This document shows positions 21,387 to 31,632 of a stretch of 64,000 nucleotides of DNA, in pieces. The stretch's first letter is position 1. Every line of letters begins with the position of its first letter. The stretch covers positions 1 through 64,000 of the forward strand of contig CAVZMI010000027.1 of the NCBI GenBank assembly GCA_963776275.1. Direction: 5' to 3'. The translations under genes were made by a program, and so were the position numbers. The stretch is from Ignavibacteriota bacterium. Lineage in GTDB: Bacteria; Bacteroidota; Ignavibacteria; UBA10030; CAVZMI01. Below the pieces are notes generated by a model. That model did no database searches and was not told the origin of the DNA. It saw nothing but the letters and a program-made list of their open reading frames with translations.

Positions 21387-22673
21387 CTAACCGATACCAA
21401 CTGATGAAAATCCTTTTCCCGACTCATAAAAGAATATTTCTGCACCACAGAATTTCGGTTCATTATATTCATTCATCTCATTCAACCAACCGCCCGTATT
21501 GAACATTTTAAATGAGGTACCTTTGGGTAACTGAGGTAATTCAATGGAAAGAGCTTCTGGCGAGTTCCACGGAATCGGCTGATGAGTATGTCCGAATATC
21601 ATTTTTGTCGGCAGAGGAATATCTACACCATATTTATCTTTTATCTCACTTATTTCATAAACTGTCGATTTGTAAAAATTTTTAAAACGCTCCTGAACAT
21701 CCGGATCTTCCATAAATTCCGTCCTGTATCTGGTATTTTTCATGTTTGATAAAGCCTTTAAAATCGCATTTTTGGCAAAATAATAACCTATCGGGATGAT
21801 GAACTTTCCAATTCCCTTAAGATGGGTTTTTATCTCAGTTTCCAGACGGTCCAAATATGTTTTTACTCTTCGAACATTTCTATCTTTCAGTTCGTGTTCA
21901 AGCTTCTGAACGACTTTTGTCAGCGGGCCCGCCTGCCCGAGAGCAGAACAACTCATCTGGCTTAACGGAAAATTGATTGCAACCAATTCCTGTATATCAA
22001 GAAGTTGTTGATCTTTAACGTCAAGATCACCATCGATTATTTCTAATGCCCATTCTCCCATAACGGACCAGAATGGTTCAAGATATTGCCCATGTGTGAT
22101 AAGTATTGTTTCCTCTTCGGTTATAAAATAAATATTCGGGTAAACAAAATTAAACGGCAGATTAGGGTCTGTAATGTCGTCAAGGAACAGTCCTGCATAT
22201 TTAGGCTGGCCCGCTATTCTTTTTGCACTGACGTTATGAATAGTAAATCCGTTGATTAAAGATTTTGCTCTATCATCTATTATACCGGGTACGGACATTC
22301 TGAATTGTATTGGGAGTTTATGATTTTGGATACGGTTTGAAATGTTCGCCTGGTATTCCACCGTATCCCAAATATCAAAGTCATGGTTACCGGGAACATA
22401 AATGATTTCTTTCGTTATATTATCTTTCTTTAGCTCCTGGAAAAAATGTTTCCCGATTTCATACGCTTCATAATAACAACAGACAGAAAAATCAAATATG
22501 TCTCCTAGTAATAAAAGGTAATCCAACGGGTCGTTTCCAGACCGTCCTTTGATCGTTTTTATGAATTCTTCGTACTTATATCCGACGGAAATATCTCCTG
22601 ATTGTTGATCCTTGAAAGCCATCGCCGACTTCGCATCCCCCAGATGAATATCTGAAGTTATTGCAATTTTCAT
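21387..22673 (-). CDS. Calcineurin-like metallophosphoesterase
   Basis: All five motifs present: SDIHLG, LLGDIFD, PGNHD, THG, FGHTH. Confidence 0.88.
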   Translation of the reverse strand: MKIAITSDIHLGDAKSAMAFKDQQSGDISVGYKYEEFIKTIKGRSGNDPLDYLLLLGDIFDFSVCCYYEAYEIGKHFFQELKKDNITKEIIYVPGNHDFDIWDTVEYQANISNRIQNHKLPIQFRMSVPGIIDDRAKSLINGFTIHNVSAKRIAGQPKYAGLFLDDITDPNLPFNFVYPNIYFITEEETILITHGQYLEPFWSVMGEWALEIIDGDLDVKDQQLLDIQELVAINFPLSQMSCSALGQAGPLTKVVQKLEHELKDRNVRRVKTYLDRLETEIKTHLKGIGKFIIPIGYYFAKNAILKALSNMKNTRYRTEFMEDPDVQERFKNFYKSTVYEISEIKDKYGVDIPLPTKMIFGHTHQPIPWNSPEALSIELPQLPKGTSFKMFNTGGWLNEMNEYNEPKFCGAEIFFYESGKGFSSVGIG

Positions 22674-22860
22674 AAATGACCTCGCAAATAATTGATTTGG
22701 TTATTATATGGTAAATGCCGGTTATCTGTGCGTGGGATTGTAGCTGCGCATTTTAAGCTGCGCGAATAAACCTAAATATAATGCCAAATATTACGAACGT
22801 ACGCGGATTAAAGCAAGCCTTTTCTCATGTACAATCTTCATTTTTCTCCTTATCTCTGAT

Positions 22861-23050
22861 AGTGTAATCGAACCACTTGCGGCGAGCAGTACTTTAGTAT
22901 GGTGCACTAAAGTACTACCCTGAGCACGCCGGAGGCGTGCCGAAGGGTACGGCTTCCGCCTCCATCCGCTTTCCGCCTGCACTCTGTTCCGGCGGACAAG
23001 TCGACGGATTCCGGCGGACAGGTCGCCGAGTATAATCGAACCACTTTGCC
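22861..23050. repeat. Intergenic cluster of REP-like hairpins bracketed by a ~20-bp direct repeat
   Basis: AGT(G/A)TAATCGAACCACTT at 22861 and 23029. Inside: CCCTGAGCACGCCGGAGGCGTGCCGAAGGG and a duplicated TTCCGGCGGACA. Confidence 0.6.
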
Positions 23051-23535
23051 ATTTCACACTAACCGCTACAAAAAAACGTTAAAAATCACAAGAAAACCTT
23101 AGAACTCGAGGTATTTATATCGGAATGAAACGAATCGACCTCGGATATATCGAAAGATACGGCCTCGATATACTAGAATGGCCATTTTCTACGTTCGATA
23201 ATAATCTCGAATTATTTTGTAACTTTTTTACTTCTGATAGTGACAAATTATCATGGAGGAGACTTCACAACATAAGGTCTACACACTCTTTTTGAAAAAA
23301 GCACTCGATTCGATATAGGCTTCCTCGTCTGGTAAGGAAATAGCAACGCCGAAAGTTAATCAACTGATTCTATTCTGAATGAACCTCCGACCCATATTCG
23401 ATCATGGTCGGATTTGCCACGTATTCTTTCTGTCAGAAAGAAGAGGGGACAATTGGCGGACGAAGGAAGCAATAAAAATCGAAAAGGGTATCATTCATTA
23501 ACATTACTATTCACAAATTAAAAGGAGGTAGTATT

Positions 23536-25771
23536 ATGGATGTACCGACTAAAGGTGGTAAGCCTTCCCCGAACTCTTATAAAATTGAAATCCCAATTGA
23601 TGCATCGGGAATTGAAGGATTTAAACCCGAACAGCAATTGAAGGTCCTGCTCGTTCAATCGAACGATAAAATCCTGGCTTCCGGGATCGTGAAACTTGAC
23701 GTGCAGGGGAAAGGAATTGTTTCGTTAGGGTTATCAGAAAAACCGAAAACTATTCGAGCGGTGATCGGACCTGAATCGGCAGATGAGGATGAGTTGCTCG
23801 GCATGCAAACGCTCAACGTCGCCATTAATACGCGCCAGCTTGTTGAGGCAAAAGAATTAAGACTTCCCGTTATAATCATCCCCCCCTATTACTGGCATTG
23901 GTGGTTAATATGGTGCCGTACATTTACTATACACGGACGCGTTTTATGCACAGACGGAAAACCGGTTCCGGGAGCGAAAGTCTGTGCTTACGATATCGAT
24001 GCATGGTGGTGGTGGGTGAGCAAACAAAATGTCGGATGTGCGACAACCGACGTTACCGGCTCATTTGAAATCAAGTTCAGATGGTGCTGCGGCTGGTATC
24101 CATGGTGGTGGTGGAGACACCGCTTCTGGATACTCGAACCGCTGTTGGTTAATCACATAATTCCAGAATTGCAGAAGATACCGCTGCCACATCCGATCCC
24201 CCTTCCAGATCCGGTGCCCGATATCAGCGTATTTAAACCACTCCTTGGAGAAGATGAATTCGCAAATCTGCAAATTACTCCGTCAATTGAACAGACGAAA
24301 AGACTTCTCACGTCAAAGAAAGGACTGTCTGAAACGGCTGGAAAAATTCCCGTCGAACCGTCATTCCTTGAAGCCGTACGCGAAAAATTACTCAAAATAA
24401 TTCCTGCTGTTCCTGCGCTGGAACGCCTCAGACTATGGCCGTGGTGGCCGTGGCATCCCTGGTGGGATTGCACGCCGGATATTATTTTCCGTGTGACACA
24501 GGATTGCGAATTGCCGGGTACTGTGATTGTTGAAGAAAACATCGGTGATACGCGGTGGAATATTCCCACGACACTCGATGTAACACTTGTCGCCAATGAT
24601 AAAGCTTGCTGTCTTGGCCAGGGGGATGACCCAGATGGATCGTGTGTCGTTCTCACGAATGTCTGCTGGGATTCAATCAACAACATCGGCGGTAATGCCG
24701 GTGCGCCGGCTACACCGGCCGGATACCAGAACCCCGGAATTGTTTCGTCGTACGGTGATCGTCCGTATGGAGGTAATGTGCTGATTCAGGGGCAGGTCGG
24801 GAACGATGTTGATTACTATCAGTTTGAATTCTCACACGATAATGGTGTAACGTGGAACGATCTGCCGGCTTCAAACGTCGGAGATATTCCTCGTAAATAT
24901 TATATACCATCGACCACCACATTCGTGAGTGTTCCATTCCTCACTACGATTGACGGAAAACTTGTGTTCGAAAGCCGTCAATACTATGAGGCTACTCACA
25001 ATCCGCTTGCATGGAATGTGACACAATTCTGGATGGCGGATAATTATTTGTCTCTGATGAACTGGCTTACGGAGAATCCGTTCCTGAACGGTCTCTACCA
25101 ACTCCGGATGAAAGGTTACAGTCTTATCGGTGGCCACCTGGCTAACCCATTAATCCTTCCGATTTGCAGCACAATTCAGCAAAATAATCTTGTGTTACAA
25201 ATTGATAACAGGATTGTGGGTGCAGGAAGCGGGCATCCGGCAAGCACACCCGATCATCCATGCGGCGGCGGAACCGTCCACTACTGCACAATGGAGCCGG
25301 ATACGAACTTCATATCGGTGAAGATCATTCATGCTGACGGAACAGAATCGAATGTTAACGCATGTTCAACGACGAGCATTATCAATTCCGATATTTTGCA
25401 GATCGACTTCTTCGCATATGATCCTGAAGGTCATCTGGCGTACTTCACACTCGATGCAACTTACGATGTGAATCTCGTAAAACATGTTCTCGGGCTCGCC
25501 GGTATGACGATGGCACCGCTGGGGGGTGCCTCGGTTCCCGCTGCTGCTCAGGTAGTGCCCGACCTACGCGGATGCACTTACAGCAGGAGCAGCCTCACCG
25601 ATCTGGAAAGGTGGTGCGATTCGTCTGCGCGTTCCTGCTCATCATGTATTCCCGGAATCATGCTGCTACCAGCTTGAACTTCGCGCTCATAAACGGACGA
25701 TCGTTCATTGCTATCACAGCCTGTGGAATCATACAAACTACAGCGAATATAGTTTTATGATCACAGTATGA
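23536..25771 (+). CDS. Large Trp/Cys/Pro-rich hypothetical protein with a transthyretin/carboxypeptidase-regulatory-like domain; frameshift near 25560
   Basis: Strong RBS AAGGAGGT. GRVLC...PVPGAKVCAYDID...TTDVTGSFEIKF motif. After the shift the frame reads YADALTAG...CCYQLELRAHKRTIVHC...SFMITV* (stop 25769-25771). Confidence 0.8.
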
Positions 25772-25783
25772 ACATCAATCACG

Positions 25784-25819
25784 ATCCTGCCGTCCGTTCA
25801 GGACGGCAGGATATTTTTA
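25784..25819 (+). terminator. Terminator-like hairpin inside the three-gene cassette
   Basis: ATCCTGCCGTCC-GTTCA-GGACGGCAGGAT followed by ATTTTT. Confidence 0.6.
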
Positions 25820-26152
25820 TTGGAGACGGAAATGAATCTATATTGGTTGATGCTCGGTATCCTCTGCGTATGGCGAATCACACACTTATTGAATAAAGAA
25901 GACGGGCCACGGGACATTTTTTTCCGCTTTCGTCAGAGTGTAGGTAACGGATTCTGGGGAAATCTGCTGGATTGTTTCTATTGTTTGAGCATGTGGATAT
26001 CCCTGCCCTTCGGACTCTGGATTGGAAATGCCTGGGATGAAAGAATTTTATTATGGCTCTCCTTCTCAGCCGGAGCAATTATTATCGAACGTGTGACCCA
26101 TTATGAACAAGACAAAGTAACACCACATTATTTTGAAGACAAGGAGAAATAA
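25820..26152 (+). CDS. DUF1360-like small membrane protein
   Basis: WRITHLLNKEDGP...LLDCFYCLSMW (R-x-T...D/E and CxxC-x3-W pattern). Start may be ATG 25832. Confidence 0.75.
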   Translation: METEMNLYWLMLGILCVWRITHLLNKEDGPRDIFFRFRQSVGNGFWGNLLDCFYCLSMWISLPFGLWIGNAWDERILLWLSFSAGAIIIERVTHYEQDKVTPHYFEDKEK

Positions 26153-26154
26153 TC

Positions 26155-26427
26155 ATGTCGTGTTGCGGGCAGAAGCGAACTGCAGGACAAACCGGACTGT
26201 CATATCACATACACAATACTTTTCAGACAAATACGATCCCACCTCAGGCAACTGAAAAAAAAATTGCAGTTTGTTTTGAATACATTGGAAGAACCGGTTT
26301 AACCGTTATGGGCACTATATCAGGAAAGCGCTATCGCTTCGATCGCACCGGAAGTCTTATCTGTGTAGATCCTAAAGACAGGCCGTCACTTAGTGCCATT
26401 CCACAACTACGGGAAATTCGGAGGTAA
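26155..26427 (+). CDS. Small hypothetical protein with N-terminal MSCCG motif
   Basis: RBS AAGGAG, 2 bp after the previous stop; MSCCGQKR...FEYIGRTGLTV.G..SGKRYRF...VDPKD. Confidence 0.75.
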   Translation: MSCCGQKRTAGQTGLSYHIHNTFQTNTIPPQATEKKIAVCFEYIGRTGLTVMGTISGKRYRFDRTGSLICVDPKDRPSLSAIPQLREIRR

Positions 26428-26552
26428 AAAAGATGTGGAGCGAACCTTCACCTGCTTAGTCTTCCTCGGGAGCGGCCCGCTCCGCCGAGCAGAGCGAGGC
26501 GAGAGCTCCCTCGTAACTGATGTTTTCATTTTTTATAACCTCGCCTCGAACA

Positions 26553-26684
26553 CTACTCCCACAAATTTCTATCCAGCCTCCTGTACTGAATCGCCTCACT
26601 GATATGCTCCGGCTTAATCGAATCCGACCCCGCAAGATCAGTCCCGCATAGCGGGATTCGCGATACTTTGAGTATACGGTCATA
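26553..26684 (-). pseudogene. comM/yifB 3'-end remnant (copy 3)
   Basis: Manual translation YDRILKVSR-[hairpin ATCCCGCTATGCGGGACT]-DLAGSDSIKPEHISEAIQYRRLDRNLWE*, matching the C-terminus of 38228..39766. Confidence 0.85.
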
Positions 26685-26699
26685 CCCGTTCCTATGTAA

Positions 26700-26794
26700 G
26701 TCTATCGCGATAATCAATGGATTTACCTCAAACGATAATGTAAATGTTTGCAGAAACGATGCGAGATAAAATCCATTGCATTAACAGGTTATGT
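26700..26794 (-). other. attC-like integron recombination site
   Basis: Minus strand: ACATAAC-ctgtta-ATGCAATGGATTTTATCTC ... GAGGTAAATCCATTGAT-tatcgc-GATAGAC. Stem has extra-helical bases; begins 18 bp after the hydrolase stop. Confidence 0.55.
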
Positions 26795-26812
26795 CTATAC
26801 TAAACTCGTTAT

Positions 26813-28775
26813 TTAATATACCCATAACCTTAATCCAATTATTCCCCAGCAGCTGGAAAAGATGGCCATTCCAACGCAGGAGAGTGAAACGATTAAAGTA
26901 TATACGCGAGCGAATGTTTTAACTGGTTTCCAGAAGCTTCTTATTGCAAGGAACAGGCTATAGATAGAAAGAGCTGCAAATAATATAGTGGCAACAAAAA
27001 ATTGAATATTACCAAATGTTTTTTGTCCAAAATCAAATAATGATTGGTTTGAAACTGCAATAAATCCGTAGAGAAGAACGACGGACCGCAAGCAAAGGAA
27101 TAATTCTCGCGCGCAGATACTTGGAACGATTTTCTTTTTTGGTTATCCGTTTGTAAAGATCAATCGGTGCCCATACGATGGCATACGGAATCGTTGAAAG
27201 CATGAGAATCCAGGCCAGGAGAAAAATGACAATATAGAACCATGGTCTCCAGGCAGCGCTCTTTTCATAATAATCTTCTCCATTGAGATAAGCCCGATGC
27301 CCCTCTGGTGTTTGAAAGAAGATTTTACTGGCATCAGGCTCTAAGGGCGACCGGAACGTTTGTTCTGTTACCGGAATAAGAACGACCTTATCCTCTCCTA
27401 CAAAATCTTTCTGATACAATGTGTCGTTTAGCATGAATATGTATGTACCATTTAGCATCCGGTCTATCCAGGCGACCAGTTGCTGCCGGGAGTTACGCAA
27501 TTCATAGTAACCGACATACTTTTGAAGCTGTTCAGCCGGTATATCCGGCACGATTGGGGAGTGAGGTTTATTATCCCCAATGACATAATCAAGAAGTGAA
27601 TGCCAAATTTGATTAATACCAAAAATAAAGTCCATATCGTAGTAGTTTGTAAGAAGAACACAGCCCGTGCCGAGTTCTCGAGAATAAGCGAATGAACCAG
27701 CATACCCGATGGTCGCACCGTTATGGCCACACCACTTAAATCCCTTGTAAAATGTATTTGATATTCCCAATCCATAACCCTTTTTTAATCCAGCCTGTGT
27801 CGCCCAATCCGAAGATGGCGTTTCCATTCGTTCTATTAGTGCTTTGCTGATCAGTTGTTCTTCTTTGATTTTGCCTTTGTTCATTAAGAACTGAACAAAG
27901 AGAGTCATGTCGCGGACTGAAGAATTAAGGGCGCCCGCCGGACGAGCATATACGTATGTAAAAGGACTGGGTTTGTATTTGCCTTCATACCCTTGGGCAA
28001 AATGCTGCCGGTTCTTGGGTGTTAAAAAGAAAGTGGAAGCCGTCATGTTTAATGGCTCAAGAACAGTCTTTCTTATATAGTTTTCAAATTTATCACCCGT
28101 TATTTTTTCCAGGATATAACCGGCCACAGCATAACCGGCGCTGGAATATGAGCGGATTGAACCCGGACGCCAGCGAACCTTTCTGCAATTCGAGCTGATT
28201 TTAAGAGCTTCTTTCAAAGGGATTTCCGGATTATCATTAATATAATAATCATTAAAATGTATATCGTTAAAACCACTTGTATGCTCGAGTAAATGGACAA
28301 TCCGCACCGGATCCGTTTCTTCCCAAGGATTATCTATATCAATCTCAGGAACAATTTCCTTAACCGGTGTTTGCAGATTAATCTTCCCGTCCTCAAGAAG
28401 TTTGAGAAAGGCCAGTCCCACAAAGCTTTTTGTAATCGAACCTGTCCCAAATAGGGTGTTCCCGTTTATCGGTGTTTTTGTTTTCATGTTTGCATAACCA
28501 ACTCCGCCCTGATAAATAATGGCATCATTTGTAAAGATTGCGATACCGGCACCTGGGATTCTATTCTTGATAAGCAGGCTGTCTATGCGGGATATCAATT
28601 CTTGGATGGTCTGAGGTTGATCGCATTTTGGAACGCCATTTTGCTGTGAATAACAAAATTTTGTACATGCCAATAATGTTATTAGCAAAAGCATAAGACA
28701 TCTGATATTTACATATAAATTTGTCATTTTTTTGTTACTTATCATATTAGTATAAGTTTGAACTTCGTATAACAT
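26813..28775 (-). CDS. Serine hydrolase (beta-lactamase class C/AmpC-like family) with C-terminal TM segments; frameshift near 27085
   Basis: GSITKSF (SxxK), LLEHTSG, YSSAGY, GHNG. The TM tail continues in ORF 26813..27091. True start probably ~28727 or later. Confidence 0.85.
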
Positions 28776-29117
28776 GCAATCAGATTCCGCATATAAAGTG
28801 TTCTAAATCTTTTCTATTTAATTGCTTGCTGTTTATCTGTCTACTCATTCGAGTATGTTATGCGGATCGGTATAACACATAAATGATTTCAAAGATCGTA
28901 CACCGGATTGCGAACGCCCGCCGGTCCACGGTTGAGGACATGGATCGGGAGGACTCTGAATACGAGAATTATAAGCGAGAAGTGTATGAATGATTTTATT
29001 ACTATATCGTTTTTCGTCTTTGGCAAATATCGCCATAGAATTCGATAATGTCAAGCTTACTTTCCCGCACCTTTTCGGCTCCTTTCCCTCTTTACCTTTT
29101 CCTCTACCTTTAACTAT

Positions 29118-29469
29118 TCACTCCCAAAGATTCCTATCCAGTGTGCGATACTGAATCGCCTCACTGATATGCTCCGGCCTTATCGAATCCGATCCCGCAA
29201 GATCGGCAATAGTCCGTGATACCTTGAGTATCCTATCATACGCCTTCGCCGAGAGCCCGAGCTTTGTTATCGCCATCTTCATCAGCTCCTCACCCGCCGA
29301 ATCGATCGGACAGAATTCACGTATGTCCTTCGAAACCATCACCGCGTTCGAAAACATACCGGCACGGTTTGCAAAGCGCTTTAACTGCCGGTCTCTTGCC
29401 ACTACTACCCGCTTTCTAATTGAAGCTGAGTTCTCGCCCGATTGCTTCATCGATAATTCTTTATACTTC
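29118..29469 (-). pseudogene. comM/yifB 3'-end duplicate (copy 2, ~350 bp)
   Basis: KYKELSMKQ...QYRTLDRNLWE* is nearly identical in protein to 38228..38579. No ATPase N-terminus. Confidence 0.92.
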
Positions 29470-29594
29470 CCATAAACCATCTGGCCCCAGCATACACTGT
29501 ACAGTGCCAGGAATTCCATTACTTCTGCAATACGCCTGAAACTGAAAAATTTTATCCGTTCATTAATATATTTACAAATTATTTTAGTGAACGA

Positions 29595-31632
29595 TTACGG
29601 TCTGATAGAAATCTCTTTGCTCGGAACACTTTCCCGCCCATTACTCAGCACGGTGATAATTCTATAAAAATAAAGCTGACCGGATTTGATTTTCGCATCC
29701 AAACATTCCGTAACGCTATCTTTCACCGTTGCTACCACTGTTGCTTTACCCTGATATTGTGTTCGCAGAACCTTAAACGAGCTGACGTTCGGATGCTTCA
29801 CCGGACCCCAACGTATGAGGACACCTTTATCAGTCCGTTCAAGACGAATACCGCCGGGTGCAGGCGGAATATCGACAGGAATTTCAATACACTTGATGGA
29901 ACTTAACGAGCTCTTTCCGCCAAATACATCAATTGAACGAACAGCATATTCATAACTTTTCCCCTCTTCAACTGCTATATCATCATAGTAATTTTTCGTA
30001 ACGTTTAGTATCGAACTGTTCAATTTTTTCCACTCCTGACTCTTCGTACCGGGAACGACCCGGCGGAATACATCATAGCCGATTATCGTTGCATCATTCT
30101 GACGCATATCTTGCCAGAACAACCGTATAGTTTTTCCGTCGAGAAGAACATTCAGTTTCACCGGAGTCAACGGAACGGTTGGAATATTCGGGCGGACAAA
30201 AATTGTATCCGTGTAAGCCCCAAGCACATGACTCTTACTTTCAGCACGGACGCTGTACGCGTAATTTATTTTTCCGGAGAGAACCGTACTTGTGTCAAGA
30301 TACGATCCCCACATCTCTTTTTCATTCAGAGGAATCAAGGACGAGATTTGCGTCATCAGCCGATTCCGTCCCATGCCACGAAAAACATAAAAGCCGATGA
30401 TTTCTTTCTCCGCCGCATTCCACTGCAGCCGAACGCCTCTGCTTACTCCTTCTCCCCTCAAATCAATGGGCGGAAGCGGAATTGTTGCGCTTCTATAGAG
30501 TCCTATCACCTTCATCGACCTGGGCGATTCTTCATCCAATAGACCTGTCATTGTCATGTAATAATAATAACGAACCATCGGTTGAACCGATTGATCGATA
30601 TACTCGGTGTCCTTTGGTGGAACAGTGTAGATCAACCGGTATCCTTTCTCCCAGTCATTACTCCGGAAAATTTTCAGACTCTTCACAGCGGCCGGTTCAT
30701 TCAGATGCCACCGTATACGGAGACCGCCGAGAGTATCAAGGCTTTCCGCTCTCAGCCGATCGGGAAGCTTTATTGAAGAGAACGGCGTTGATGATATAAA
30801 AACGGTATCTGATGGATCCTCCAGTATTCCCATAGAAATCTTTCGGAATAACGTAATATGCATATATTTGTCTCATTTGAACCGACGTATCACGGATTGT
30901 ATAGTATGTAGAATCCCGCCGCTGAATTCTGACACGCGCAGGATAGATATGTTTAAATGAAGCGTATATTCCATCTTTCCGATAAACATCGACACTTGTG
31001 GGTTTTTTACCAGCTCCCATGCCCCACCATATTCCAATCTGATTGCCTTGAGAATTTTTTTCCACAACACGCAAACGGGGATAGTAAATCACCTGAGGAT
31101 ACGAGACAACCGGCGATATAAAGATAACCTTGATATTCTTCATGGTATCAATAGTTGATACCCGATATTCATATTGAACACCTTTTTCAGCCGTTGTATC
31201 AAGGTAGCTCGTTCCCAATGCTATCCGGATCGGCAGCAACGATCCCCACGTTTTGAGTGAATCCATCCTCCTCCATTTTTCCACCTGCTCCCAGATCATT
31301 CCTGTCGGCACTTCCTTTATCAACAGCGGTTCCGGAACAAGCGGCATTATTTTGCCAAGGCGGCCGATAAATTCGGATAATGAATCCGGTGATGATAGAT
31401 CGATAATCATGTTCCACGATTTGTCGGATTTTTTCTTCCTCTCAATCCGATACCCCACAACATTCTGGACTGGATTTGACGTTGAGACGATCTCATTCCC
31501 AACATGGATATAAATTCCTCGTGGTCCACCTCCAACAACCGCTTTAGGAGGTCGCTGCGCGATCACGATGCCGTAGAGAACGAAAACGGATGCGATGCAG
31601 ACCATCATTGATATTTTCATTGTTCTGCTCAT
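29595..31632 (-). CDS. Secreted fibronectin type III repeat protein; frameshift near 30815
   Basis: Signal peptide, repeated W...Y.V.R...Y.D...G..Y.Y.V patterns across ORFs 30736..31632 and 29595..30863. Confidence 0.8.

Noticed and set aside
23060-23520. Riboswitch or ncRNA upstream of the Trp-rich gene
   Set aside because: Small hairpins exist (e.g. TCCGACC...GGTCGGA near 23387-23412) but I recognise no family consensus; an Rfam scan is needed.
29118-29519. 133-aa ORF as an independent gene
   Set aside because: Homology to comM stops at 29469 and the preceding residues are unrelated, so it is a displaced 3' end.
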